Source: Acidobacteriota bacterium (lineage in GTDB: Bacteria > Acidobacteriota > UBA6911 > RPQK01 > JADFOI01). From it: a DNA stretch of 64,000 nucleotides. Below, piece by piece: positions 1-9,936 of this stretch. Both the position numbers and the translations under genes were made by a program. The first letter of the stretch is position 1; every line of letters starts with the position of its first letter. Below the pieces are notes generated by a model, which made no database searches, was not told the origin of the DNA, and saw nothing but the letters and a program-made list of their open reading frames with translations. The stretch lies in NCBI GenBank assembly GCA_963663035.1, contig OY760074.1, positions 672,001 through 736,000 of the forward strand. Reading direction: 5' to 3'.

Positions 1-1493
1 ATCCTGGCTTGACACTCAACCTGGGAATTCGCTGGGATTACTTCCAGCCCATCACTGAAGACCAGGGAAGGTTGGCCAACATCATTTTCCCCGATACTGG
101 AGAATACTTCGAGCGATTGGCCAACGCTTCGGTGGGGGTTGTGGATGAGCTCTACCAGAGTGATTTGAACAACTTCGCTCCTCGGGTCGGATTCGCCTGG
201 GACTTTCTGGGGGACGGCAAGACCGTTTTGCGGGGCGGCTACGGGGTGGCCTACGAGAAGCTCTTCTTCAATGTGGTTGCCAATGCTCGCTTCAACCCGC
301 CTTTCTATGCCCGTGCAGTCCTTTCTGGGAACCAAGCCCAGCCCTTCCTGGGAAGCGATCCCAATGATGTCTTTGGGGGATTCATCGGCACCGTCATTCC
401 CGGGGCTGATCTGGGTCTGGATGCCCGAGGTGGTATTCAGGGTGCAAGAGTAAAACTGCGCGTCCTGGATCCCAACCTCAGAGATTCTTACGTGCAAAAC
501 CTTTTCCTGGGTGTTCAACGGCAGCTTCCCTGGGATTCAGTTATTGAGATCAATTATCAGGGAACACTGGGACGCAAGCTCCCCTTTTTTGGGGACCCCA
601 ACCGATTCGCCGGAGATCTTCTGGGAGATGCCGATCCACTGGGACGCTTTGCCGGAGATACCAGCGAAAACAGGCTCAATTCTTCATTTGACACCTTCAA
701 CCTGAGACAGAATCGCATTACCTCCAACTACCACGGTTTTAATGCTCAACTCAACAAACGTTTCAGCCAGGGATTGGCCTTTCAGATTGCTTACACCGTG
801 GGAAAGTCTCTGGATTTCGGTTCTGACTTCTTTGGAGCAGGCGAGAACTCGGGAGGCTTACTCGGGCAGGCTTTCCGAACCTATTTTAATGATCCCTTAA
901 ACATCGGGCTGGATTACGGCCGATCCGCCTTCGACATTCGCCAGCGCTTAGTGGCCAACTTTCTGTTGGATATCCCCTTCATGAAGGATCGGCCGGGAAG
1001 GTTGGGACAGATCCTGGGTGGATGGCAGCTGAGCGGAATCGTCCCGATCCAGAGCGGATTGCCGTTTGGTGTTGTGAACGGCGGCAAATTTGCGGCCGGG
1101 GGGGATTATAATGCTGATGCTCAAGAGGGGGACCGTCCCGACGCGCCTTCCTTTGGGAGCACCTTCGCGAATACCCCAAGCAGCGCCGAGTTTATGAGCG
1201 GTGTGTTCCAAACAAGTGATTTCCCGACTCCCGCCGCTGGGACCAACGGAAATCTGGGCAAAAACACCTTTACCGGACCCTCCTTCTTTACAGTGGATCT
1301 CGCGCTATTCAAGAATTTTCGACTTCCGGTGTCTGAGGAATCGAGCCTGCAGTTCAGGGCTGAATTCTTCAACCTGCTCAACCGTGTGAACCTCTTTCTT
1401 CCCTCTGTAGACCTGAATAGTTCCAGCTTCGGCAGATCGACCGATGTCTTCGACGCCCGCGAGATTCAGTTCGGGCTAAAGATCCTCTTCTAA
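1..1493 (+). CDS. TonB-dependent receptor, Oar-like (C-terminal part; 5' end lies outside the window)
   Basis: Contains LTLNLGIRWDYF and NNFAPRVGFAWD motifs, FRAEFFNLLN, and a terminal REIQFGLKILF beta-signal ending in Phe. Confidence 0.9.
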   Translation, partial: PGLTLNLGIRWDYFQPITEDQGRLANIIFPDTGEYFERLANASVGVVDELYQSDLNNFAPRVGFAWDFLGDGKTVLRGGYGVAYEKLFFNVVANARFNPPFYARAVLSGNQAQPFLGSDPNDVFGGFIGTVIPGADLGLDARGGIQGARVKLRVLDPNLRDSYVQNLFLGVQRQLPWDSVIEINYQGTLGRKLPFFGDPNRFAGDLLGDADPLGRFAGDTSENRLNSSFDTFNLRQNRITSNYHGFNAQLNKRFSQGLAFQIAYTVGKSLDFGSDFFGAGENSGGLLGQAFRTYFNDPLNIGLDYGRSAFDIRQRLVANFLLDIPFMKDRPGRLGQILGGWQLSGIVPIQSGLPFGVVNGGKFAAGGDYNADAQEGDRPDAPSFGSTFANTPSSAEFMSGVFQTSDFPTPAAGTNGNLGKNTFTGPSFFTVDLALFKNFRLPVSEESSLQFRAEFFNLLNRVNLFLPSVDLNSSSFGRSTDVFDAREIQFGLKILF

Positions 1494-1495
1494 AG

Positions 1496-1642
1496 CCCGC
1501 ACTTTTCACACCCAATCTACCGCGGCGGCCGATCTGACCGCGTCTGCGGCGTTGCTGCGACCCGCAAGCGGGTACCCCTCGCGCGCCTTGCAGCCACAGC
1601 CATCTCCACCGCCTCGCTACGATCGCGTGTGAGAAATGCGGG
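1496..1642. mobile_element. MITE copy 1 (type-B ends, short form)
   Basis: Ends CCCGCACTTTTCACAC ... GTGTGAGAAATGCGGG, followed by CTAG. Core GCGACCCGCAAGCGGGTACCCC is shared with five other copies. Confidence 0.8.
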
Positions 1643-1693
1643 CTAGCCCCCATTTACGTTTCAGGTTCCAGTGCTATCCTGTCTCCTATCTTC

Positions 1694-4600
1694 TCAGAAA
1701 AGAATTTTGAGAGCGATCTGGATCTGACGAGGATCGAAGGCCGAGGTGGATTGTCCAAAGAAACTGCTATCCACATCCACCTCCGGCAGGAAAAGATTGA
1801 CCCGGTTGAAGAGGTTGAAGAACTCGGCACGGAGCTGTAACTTGGGCTTCTCGTCGATGGGCAATGTAAAGTTCCTGAAGAGCGAGACATCCACTGTCCA
1901 GAAAGAGGGTCCGGTAAAGGTGTTTTTGCCCAGATTTCCGTTGTTCCCAGCGGCGGGAGTCGGGAAATCACTTGCTTGGAAGACACCGCTGGTAAACTCG
2001 GCAGTACTTGGAGTGTGGCTGAATTGGTTTCCGAAGGATGGCGTGTCGACTCGATCATTAGCCGTCCCGTCAGCATTGAAATCTCCACCCGCCAGAAAGG
2101 GGGCTCCGTTTATGACGCTCAAGGGCAGTCCTGTCTGAATGGGGAAGATGGTATTGATTTGCCAGCCTCCCAGGATTCGGGCCAACATGCCCTGGCGGGC
2201 CCGCAGGAATGGAACTTCCCAAAGGAAGTTGGCCACAAACCGGTGGCGGATGTCGAAGTTGGAGCGGCCGTAGTCCAGAGCGCTGTTGAGAGGATCCACC
2301 AAAAGGTTGCCTGAACCGCCGGAATTGGGTCCCTCACCGAACACATCCGAGTTGTAATCAAGTGATTTTCCATAGGTGTAGGCGAGCTGAAAAGCCAGGC
2401 CGTCACGGAAGCGCCTGTTCAGCTGGGTGTTCAACCCGTGGTAGTTGGAGGTGATTCGATTCTGGCGTAGATTAAAAGCGGCAAAAGATGAGTTGATCAA
2501 ATTGAGAGACCTGTCTCCTGCGTTGTTGCCAAGCGGGTCGGGGACTCCCAGCAAGTCGCCTGTAAATCGATTGGGATCCCCGATGAACAAAAGCTTTTTG
2601 CCGAAAGTCCCCTGGTAGTTGACCTCCCAAACTGTGTCCCAGGGCAGCTCGCGCTGGATGCCCAGGAAAGTGCTGTGCACATAGGAATCCCGAATTTTCG
2701 GATCCAGGACGCGCAGCTCCAGCTTTTGAAACAGCAGTCCGCCTCGCTCGTCAAAGGCCAGCTGGGGTAAGATCTCTTCCCCCAGGAAACCGCCAAAGAG
2801 ATCATTGGGATCGTTGCCCACTCGAGGCAGTCCCGAAAGATCATCCCCGAAGAAGATGTTCGAGAGCTCCAGGAGGCCAAAGAAAGGAGGATTGAAGCGA
2901 GAGTTCGTTCCCACATTGAAGAAGATCTTGTCGTAGCTGACTCCGTAGCCGCTCCGCAATGATGTCCTGTCGTCTCCAAAGACGTCCCAGGCAAATCCGA
3001 CGCGAGGAGCGAAGTTGTTGAGATCGTCTTCATAAAGCTGCTCAACCGGTCCAACGGTGGCATTGGAGATCCTCTCGAAGTAGGTCGGTGAATCACTTGG
3101 GAATCGCGTATTGGACAACTTGCCGGAGCTCTCGGTGGCAGGGCCGAAGTAATCCCAGCGAAGTCCCAGGTTTAAGCTCAAGCGAGGATGGGCCTTCCAG
3201 TCGTCCTGGACGAACCAGCCGACCTCCGTGCTTCGAAACTGGCGCGGGGTTCCCACCAAAGCTCCGGTGGTTGGATCAATCCCCGCCGAGTAGAGGAAGG
3301 GTTCATCAAGAGCAAAGTCAAACAGTCCAAAGTAAGTGATCAGGGGTCTGGTTGTGTTGGCAAAGTCACCATCTTCCACTGCTCTTCGCACCTCCAGCCC
3401 GGTTCGCAGGAAATGGCTCCCGATGTTGAAAGAGACGATATCCTGCCACTGAAGGGTGTCAGCCGTGAACAACTGGGGAAAGGAAAAGAAGCCTCCGATG
3501 TTGTCGACCGCGTCCAGACCTGCGGCCACCCCGCTAATCACCGTATGGGGGATATGAGGGTTCGTTGCCAGATTGTCGTTTCGATTGTAAAGAAAGCTGA
3601 ATCGAAATTCATTCAAGAGAGTTGGTGTGTGAGAGTGAGAGAGTGTCATGGTGAGCTGCTGCTGGACGTTTTCGCTGATGTCCGCGAACGCCGGTCTCTG
3701 CTCGAAAGGAGACTTGGCCAGGCCCTCCTGAAGGGTGTAACGTCCAAAGAGCTGTGTTTTTCCCTGGTAGAGAGTGCTATCAATCCGAATGCTGAACTGA
3801 TCGCTGTCATCCCTTTCGTTGGCAAAGGCGGCGACCCTTCCTTTGACAGGAAGGAGGTCTGGAAATGGAGAATAGAAAAAACAAAACACGCAATACAGAT
3901 CGTTTTGTTTCTGCGCGCTGGTGACGATGTCTTGAACCGTGACGATGTCAGCAGTCGGAGTCTTGGCCGGAGCGAGCTGAAAAATCTGCGCTGCAGCGCT
4001 GTCTGGGGAATGATCAATCACATATTGGCGAAACTCAGGTGTTTCCACCGTAAAGGTTCCGCTGCTCCCGAATCTGTTCCGAGAGCCCTGGTAGGATGCG
4101 AACAGAAAAACTCTGTCTTTGATCAAGGGTCCGCCCCAGCTCAGGCCGAACTGATTCTGGATCAGAGGAGCTTTGTCTTTCGCGCCGCTTGTTGTGTCAA
4201 AAGGAGCAAAGGCCCCGGCTGCATCAAGGACAGCGTTTCTGTGGAAAGCGTAAAGGGTGCCGTGAAACTCGTTGGTTCCTGCCTTGGTCACCAGGTTGAC
4301 ATGCGAGCCCGAATGGGTACGAAGCTCTGCTGAGAAGTTGTTGCGAACCAGACGAAATTCCTGGACAGCGTCTACGCTGGGCACAACCACGGGTAGTCCA
4401 CTGATGCTGTCAAAGGTATTGTGTCCACCGTCGAGCGTGAATTGATTACCTCGAAAGCGGGTGCCTGAGGAGAAGAAAGAGGAACTGTTTGGCCCGCCGG
4501 TCTGGAACACGGACATCATGGCTGGCACAACCCCTGGCTGGAGGGTGGCCAGAACATAGACGTTTCGCCCATTGAGGGGAAAATCGAGGACTCGACGGTT

Positions 4601-5062
4601 GTCCACCAGTGATGAAATCTGGGAATCCTCGGTGTCGACGACAGCCGCCTCCGCCCTTACCGTGACAGTCTCGCTGATCTCTCCAACCTCAAGCAGGAGA
4701 TCGACGCTGAGAACCTCCCCCACTGTCAGCTCGACAGCGGCGGTCAGGGCTGTCCTGAATCCGACCGATTGGGCCTTGATCTCATAAGTTCCCGATTGCA
4801 AGCGCGGAATTCGGTAGATTCCGGAGCCATGGGTTACAGTCGATCGCTGAACGTTAGTGGCCTCATGACGGACTGTGACTTCAACACCCGATCTGGCAGC
4901 ACCCGATACGTCCTTTACCGTACCTGTAATGGTCCCGGTCCCCGACTGCCCTGGGACTTGTACGGTGAGGATTAGCCCTAGCACCCATGGGGACATTGAT
5001 AGTGCGGATTTCCACCCAGAAAAGGGCCTCTCGAAGAGGGTTCTCATGGGGTGAGAAGTCAA
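1694..5062 (-). CDS. TonB-dependent receptor, Oar-like, with N-terminal carboxypeptidase-regulatory-like domain
   Basis: GTITGTVKD, FPLNGRN, PSVDAVQEF, QDDWK and C-terminal PRQIQIALKILF. The exact start is uncertain. Confidence 0.92.
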   Translation of the reverse strand: MTSHPMRTLFERPFSGWKSALSMSPWVLGLILTVQVPGQSGTGTITGTVKDVSGAARSGVEVTVRHEATNVQRSTVTHGSGIYRIPRLQSGTYEIKAQSVGFRTALTAAVELTVGEVLSVDLLLEVGEISETVTVRAEAAVVDTEDSQISSLVDNRRVLDFPLNGRNVYVLATLQPGVVPAMMSVFQTGGPNSSSFFSSGTRFRGNQFTLDGGHNTFDSISGLPVVVPSVDAVQEFRLVRNNFSAELRTHSGSHVNLVTKAGTNEFHGTLYAFHRNAVLDAAGAFAPFDTTSGAKDKAPLIQNQFGLSWGGPLIKDRVFLFASYQGSRNRFGSSGTFTVETPEFRQYVIDHSPDSAAAQIFQLAPAKTPTADIVTVQDIVTSAQKQNDLYCVFCFFYSPFPDLLPVKGRVAAFANERDDSDQFSIRIDSTLYQGKTQLFGRYTLQEGLAKSPFEQRPAFADISENVQQQLTMTLSHSHTPTLLNEFRFSFLYNRNDNLATNPHIPHTVISGVAAGLDAVDNIGGFFSFPQLFTADTLQWQDIVSFNIGSHFLRTGLEVRRAVEDGDFANTTRPLITYFGLFDFALDEPFLYSAGIDPTTGALVGTPRQFRSTEVGWFVQDDWKAHPRLSLNLGLRWDYFGPATESSGKLSNTRFPSDSPTYFERISNATVGPVEQLYEDDLNNFAPRVGFAWDVFGDDRTSLRSGYGVSYDKIFFNVGTNSRFNPPFFGLLELSNIFFGDDLSGLPRVGNDPNDLFGGFLGEEILPQLAFDERGGLLFQKLELRVLDPKIRDSYVHSTFLGIQRELPWDTVWEVNYQGTFGKKLLFIGDPNRFTGDLLGVPDPLGNNAGDRSLNLINSSFAAFNLRQNRITSNYHGLNTQLNRRFRDGLAFQLAYTYGKSLDYNSDVFGEGPNSGGSGNLLVDPLNSALDYGRSNFDIRHRFVANFLWEVPFLRARQGMLARILGGWQINTIFPIQTGLPLSVINGAPFLAGGDFNADGTANDRVDTPSFGNQFSHTPSTAEFTSGVFQASDFPTPAAGNNGNLGKNTFTGPSFWTVDVSLFRNFTLPIDEKPKLQLRAEFFNLFNRVNLFLPEVDVDSSFFGQSTSAFDPRQIQIALKILF

Positions 5063-5204
5063 GACGATCTGTGATCACCTCAGTGCCCGGGAGAACCGTA
5101 AGAGTAAAATCTGCTGGCCATGATACATCAACATCCACAGGTTGACCAGACTTTCTCTCTCTTTACGGATATTGCGTATATAATGACTGGTTGAGCATTT
5201 TGGA

Positions 5205-6830
5205 ATGTCCCTAAAAAACGGCTATTTTGCCTTTTACTCTCTCTTTCTGTCTCTCCCACTCTTTCTCTCTTTCTCGGCCGGGCTGGCAGCAGGACAGCAG
5301 CAGGGAGGTGAGGATGCAACTGAAGACTACTACAAGAAGTGGCTGAATGAGGACGTGACTCTAATCATTACCGAAGAGGAGAAGCCAGTCTTCCAAAGCC
5401 TCTCTACGCCGAACGAGAAGGAGCACTTCATTGAGCAGTTCTGGTATCGGCGTGATCCTGATCCCAGGACGGAGTTCAACGAGGTTAAGGAGGAGCATTA
5501 CAGGCGTATCGCCTTTGCCAATGAGCGGTTTCAAAGTGGAATAGCTGGCTGGAAGACTGACCGTGGTCGGATCTACATCATTCATGGGCCTCCGGATGAG
5601 ATCGTCTCCTACCCTTCCGGTGGCCGGTATTTGCGTCAACCTCATGAAGGGGGCGGGTCCACTTCCACCTATCCCTTTGAAGTTTGGCGTTACCACTATC
5701 TGGAAGGGATGGATTCGGAGGTGGAGTTGGAGTTCGTGGATTCCAGCTGGTCAGGTGAATACCATCTGGCTCTTGATCCGAACGAAAAGGATGCCTTAAT
5801 TCGAGTGCCCAATGCTGGATTGACCCTGGCCGAGGAGCTGGGGATGGCCAGAAAGATGGAACGTCCTTTTTTCCAGCCTGGTATGCAGGGTAGGTACCCA
5901 CAGATGTACCAGAGAGCGCAGGACAGTTCCTTTGCTCGGTATGAGAGTCTGACCCAGGCACAACGGGCACCGGATATCAAGTACAAAGACTTACAGGAAA
6001 GGGTCAGAGTGGATATCTCGTTCAATAATTTGAACTTCCATCTTCGACCAGACTATTTCAATTTGAGTGAGCAGCAGGTTTTGGTACCGATTACGGTTGA
6101 AGTGCAGAACCAGGAATTAACCTTTAGGGAAGAAAATGGATTTTACGTTGCCAAAATCGCCATTTACGGCATGGTGACAGCCATTACCAATCGTCTGATT
6201 GAAGAGTTCGAAGAGGAGTTGATTCTCAGCTACAGGGTCCAGGATGTTCAGGAAGCTCTTGCCTCCCGGTCCGTTTACCAAAGAATCGTGACTGTGGACA
6301 AGAAAATGAGGTACAGGCTGGACCTGGTGGTGAAGGATGTGAATAGTGGACATGTTGGGGTCGTCCGGACGTCCATTGCCCCTTCTTCTTATGGCTCACA
6401 GGAGCTCTTGGCCAGTTCTCTGATTCTGTCTGATATGATCATACCGCTCTCGAGGGTAACTGCCCGGGATGAGATGTTTGTTCTGGGAGATATCAAGGTG
6501 CGACCCAGCGTCAGTCATCTTTTCTCGACGGAAAACGACTTGGGGATTTACCTGCAGTTGTACAATCTAGGCATCGATCAGGCCACCCTGACACCCTGGA
6601 TGGAAACCCGCTACCGGATTCTGCGCGATGGCCAGACCGTAATCGAATTGACGGGTGAGACTGGAGAAGGAGTTCGCATCTATTCGGAGCGAAGAGCTGC
6701 CTTGGTGAAGACGCTTCCGGTGAGCGCCCTGGAGCCGGGCGACTATGAGCTGGAGGTCCAGATACAGGATCGCATCCGAGGAGAGAGTTTGAGTCTGAAC
6801 CAGAACTTTCGGCTGGTCGGTGCGCCTTGA
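5205..6830 (+). CDS. GWxTD domain-containing secreted protein
   Basis: Signal peptide followed by YKKWLNEDV, FWYRRDPDP and GWKTDRGRIYIIHGPPD. Confidence 0.9.
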   Translation: MSLKNGYFAFYSLFLSLPLFLSFSAGLAAGQQQGGEDATEDYYKKWLNEDVTLIITEEEKPVFQSLSTPNEKEHFIEQFWYRRDPDPRTEFNEVKEEHYRRIAFANERFQSGIAGWKTDRGRIYIIHGPPDEIVSYPSGGRYLRQPHEGGGSTSTYPFEVWRYHYLEGMDSEVELEFVDSSWSGEYHLALDPNEKDALIRVPNAGLTLAEELGMARKMERPFFQPGMQGRYPQMYQRAQDSSFARYESLTQAQRAPDIKYKDLQERVRVDISFNNLNFHLRPDYFNLSEQQVLVPITVEVQNQELTFREENGFYVAKIAIYGMVTAITNRLIEEFEEELILSYRVQDVQEALASRSVYQRIVTVDKKMRYRLDLVVKDVNSGHVGVVRTSIAPSSYGSQELLASSLILSDMIIPLSRVTARDEMFVLGDIKVRPSVSHLFSTENDLGIYLQLYNLGIDQATLTPWMETRYRILRDGQTVIELTGETGEGVRIYSERRAALVKTLPVSALEPGDYELEVQIQDRIRGESLSLNQNFRLVGAP

Positions 6831-6844
6831 CCCGATGATTCACT

Positions 6845-7081
6845 ATGGCGGAGAAAATTGAGATAATCGTGAATGGAAAGCAAACCAGAATTTCGACGCC
6901 TTGGAGCCTTGAGAACCTGATTCAAGATTTGGATCTTGTAGGGAACCAGGTCGCCGTGGAACTCAATGGGCAAATTATTAGCCGAGATCGATGGACTGAG
7001 CAGTCTTTGGGCTCAGGAGATCGAATTGAAATCGTCCATTTTGTCGGTGGAGGAGAGGAAGGTAGATGTCTGACAAGTTAG
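6845..7081 (+). CDS. thiS: Thiamine biosynthesis sulfur carrier ThiS (extra residues after the GG motif)
   Basis: [28 protein letters not shown]; directly upstream of thiG. Confidence 0.88.
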   Translation: MAEKIEIIVNGKQTRISTPWSLENLIQDLDLVGNQVAVELNGQIISRDRWTEQSLGSGDRIEIVHFVGGGEEGRCLTS

Positions 7082-7824
7082 TGGTTGCTGGACAGGAGTT
7101 TCGCTCTCGGCTGATTGTTGGAACCGGTAAGTACGAGAGCTTTGAAGTGATGCGCCAGGCATTGGAGAGCAGTGGAGCAGAGGTTGTCACTGTTGCCGTG
7201 AGACGAGTGAACTTGACGGATAAGAGCAAGGAGTCTCTGCTGGACTATATCGATCGCAGCCGCTTTACCTTGTTGCCCAATACCGCTGGTTGTTATACGG
7301 CGGAGGATGCCATTCGCTGTGCTCGCCTGGGGCGGGAAGCGGGGCTCTCAAATCTCGTAAAGCTTGAGGTCATAGGAGATGAGCGCACTCTTTTTCCAGA
7401 CAACGAAGCACTACTGGAGGCCACGCGTGTTTTAGTCAAAGAGGACTTCTTCGTTTTTCCATACACCAATGATGATCCGGTGGTCTGTAAAAAGCTCGAG
7501 GAAGCGGGTGCAGCTGCGGTGATGCCCCTGGGGGCGCCCATTGGCTCAGGTTTGGGAATACAGAATCCGAACAACCTGCGAATTATTGTGGAGACCGTAT
7601 CCGTCCCTGTCATCGTGGATGCGGGTGTGGGAACAGCTTCCGATGCCACCATTACCATGGAATTAGGAGTTGACGGCGTGCTGATGAATACGGGAATTGC
7701 AGGAGCCAAGGATGCACCGAAAATGGCCAAGGCGATGAAACTTGCCGTCGAATCGGGGCGTCTTGCCTATCTGGCAGGACGAATTCCGAAAAAGCTCTAC
7801 GCCACTGCCAGCAGTCCGCTGTAG
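7066..7824 (+). CDS. thiG: Thiazole synthase
   Basis: [40 protein letters not shown]. Confidence 0.97.
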   Translation: MSDKLVVAGQEFRSRLIVGTGKYESFEVMRQALESSGAEVVTVAVRRVNLTDKSKESLLDYIDRSRFTLLPNTAGCYTAEDAIRCARLGREAGLSNLVKLEVIGDERTLFPDNEALLEATRVLVKEDFFVFPYTNDDPVVCKKLEEAGAAAVMPLGAPIGSGLGIQNPNNLRIIVETVSVPVIVDAGVGTASDATITMELGVDGVLMNTGIAGAKDAPKMAKAMKLAVESGRLAYLAGRIPKKLYATASSPL

Positions 7825-7840
7825 GGAGCCTTATCAGGGT

Positions 7841-8941
7841 GTGAAAACTGTTCGTGTTCAACTGGGGGAAAGAAGTTACGACATTCTTATTGGAGAAGGT
7901 CTCCTTGATGAGTGTCACCAAACTTTTGAGCAGCACGGAATTCAGAAGCGGATTTTTCTCATTTCCAACCCATCTGTCTTCCAACTCTTTGGAGAAAGTC
8001 TCCTTCAACGACTCTCAGAGAATGGTTATCAAGTCACCGAGATCTTGATTCCAGACGGTGAAACCCACAAGAATCTCCGCACGGTTGAAAAGATCTATGA
8101 CGAGTTGATCGCTCACAAAGCCGATCGCTCATCCACACTGGCTGCCCTGGGTGGAGGTGTGACCGGAGACATTGTTGGGTTTGTGGCAGCCACCTTCTTG
8201 AGAGGCGTCCCTTATCTTCAAATTCCCACAACCCTGCTCTCCCAGGTCGACAGCTCAGTGGGCGGCAAAACCGGTGTCAATCATCGACTGGGAAAGAACC
8301 TGATCGGGGCGTTCAATCAACCCCGCCTGGTGTGCATAGATACGAATACCCTGGCCAGCCTTCCCCCAAGAGAGTTTCAGTCGGGACTGTATGAGGTCGT
8401 GAAATATGGACTCATCTGTGATTCGAAGTTCTTTGACTTCTTCGAGCATCACCTGGAGGATATTCAGGCGAAAGCCACGGATGTTCTGGAGAAAATCATC
8501 AGCCGCTGTTGTGAGATCAAGGCTGAGATCACCTCAACTGACGAGAGAGAGGGGAACTTGCGGAGAATTCTCAACTTTGGACACACCTTTGGCCATGCCC
8601 TGGAGGCTGCCACGGGTTTTCAGGGACTGACGCACGGTGAGGCCATCGCTTGGGGAATGCTGGCAGAGACTCGTCTTTCCTTGAGAGAAGATCTCCTGGA
8701 TGAGTCCAGCAGCGAGAGGGTCATGCGCTGTATCCGCCGCATTGGAGATCTTCCACCGATTGATTTCGTTCCCACCAAGAGTATTTTGGAGGCCATGAAG
8801 CGCGACAAGAAACGCCAGGATGACCAGGTCGTCTGTGTCCTGCTGGAAGGGATTGGAAAGGCGATTGTCAGCGGGGAGCTTGCAGAGAGTGCTCTCATCC
8901 AGGCATGGGAAGAGACGAAAGGCCCTGTTCCGCGGACATGA
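7841..8941 (+). CDS. aroB: 3-dehydroquinate synthase
   Basis: GGGVTGD, PTTLLSQVDSSVGGKTGVN, LNFGHTFGHALE. Start moved to the GTG at 7841, after the thiG stop. Confidence 0.96.
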   Translation: MKTVRVQLGERSYDILIGEGLLDECHQTFEQHGIQKRIFLISNPSVFQLFGESLLQRLSENGYQVTEILIPDGETHKNLRTVEKIYDELIAHKADRSSTLAALGGGVTGDIVGFVAATFLRGVPYLQIPTTLLSQVDSSVGGKTGVNHRLGKNLIGAFNQPRLVCIDTNTLASLPPREFQSGLYEVVKYGLICDSKFFDFFEHHLEDIQAKATDVLEKIISRCCEIKAEITSTDEREGNLRRILNFGHTFGHALEAATGFQGLTHGEAIAWGMLAETRLSLREDLLDESSSERVMRCIRRIGDLPPIDFVPTKSILEAMKRDKKRQDDQVVCVLLEGIGKAIVSGELAESALIQAWEETKGPVPRT

Positions 8942-9678
8942 GTGGGTGTGCGGATGGGGTGGGCAAAAAGTCACGCCAAATCAAGCGCATGTTTGCGTCG
9001 ATTGCACATCGCTATGATTTGCTGAATCGATTACTCTCCTTCTCTCTCGATCGACGCTGGCGGCGCTTGGTCGTGCAAAGGCTATCACCTTTCTTACCCA
9101 GCAAAGCGGTGGTTTTGGACTTGTGCACCGGCACTGGAGACCTGGCCATGGAGTTGTCCCTTAAGGCGCGAGTGATAGGATGCGATTTTTGTCATCCTAT
9201 GCTGACTTTGGGAATGGAGAAAGTTGAAGGCAGTGAGCTGGCCGCCCGTGTACGGTTTGTGGAAGGGGATGCTTTGCAACTACCTTTTCCGCCCCGTTCT
9301 TTTGATGCGGTCACGATTGCCTTCGGACTGAGGAATCTGGAAGATTACACCAGCGGATTGAGCGAAATGTTCCGTGTTCTTCGGCCAGGTGGAATGTTAG
9401 TGATTTTGGAACTCTCTCAGCCTCAGATTCCGGTCTTCAAGCAGTTCTACTTCTTCTATGCCACCTGGATATTGCCAAAGGTTGGACAATGGATTTCGGG
9501 CAAGGTGGGACCCTATGCCTATCTTCCCCAATCGGTCAAAGAGTTCCCTGATTCCGAGACCCTGGAGAGCTTGATTCAGCAGATTGGCTTTACTGGCGCG
9601 GGATGCAGTCTTCTCACCGGTGGGATCGTCTCCCTGCACTTGGCTCAGAAACCTGCTAGTGTCTCGTCCCATGAATAG
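8938..9678 (+). CDS. ubiE: UbiE/MenG quinone biosynthesis C-methyltransferase
   Basis: MFASIAHRYDLLN, LDLCTGTGD, FGLRN, YAYLPQSV. ATGA overlap with the aroB stop. Confidence 0.9.
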   Translation: MSGCADGVGKKSRQIKRMFASIAHRYDLLNRLLSFSLDRRWRRLVVQRLSPFLPSKAVVLDLCTGTGDLAMELSLKARVIGCDFCHPMLTLGMEKVEGSELAARVRFVEGDALQLPFPPRSFDAVTIAFGLRNLEDYTSGLSEMFRVLRPGGMLVILELSQPQIPVFKQFYFFYATWILPKVGQWISGKVGPYAYLPQSVKEFPDSETLESLIQQIGFTGAGCSLLTGGIVSLHLAQKPASVSSHE

Positions 9679-9933
9679 CATGACGTTTGTTGAAGGGGCT
9701 TGCGAGGGGAGATCAAGGAGCGAGGAGGAGGTGATGCAGGGACATCGGCGACGACGAGCGACGCAGAGACCGCCCGCAACCCCCATCAGTCCGAAGGGTG
9801 GCGGCGGGACGGCATCAATTTCTTTGTCGCTCCTCTTCCGCGATGCACACAGACATCGCGTCGTCGTCGCTTCGCGAACTCAACGCCGTCGCGCTCGCCA
9901 CAAACGCCAAGGTATTCATGGGACGAGACACTA
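9657..9933. mobile_element. MITE of a second family (TA-flanked, 19-bp perfect TIR)
   Basis: TAGTGTCTCGTCCCATGAATA (9657-9677) is the exact reverse complement of TATTCATGGGACGAGACACTA (9913-9933). The interior is GC-rich and has no transposase. Confidence 0.8.
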
Positions 9934-9936
9934 CAA

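Noticed and set aside
3188-4333. Long antisense ORF of 381 aa (similarly 45618-46679 and 61278-62072)
   Set aside because: Shadow frames opposite well-supported genes, with no recognisable motifs.
6831-6844. TPP riboswitch upstream of thiS-thiG
   Set aside because: The gap is only 14 nt and has no riboswitch core motif.
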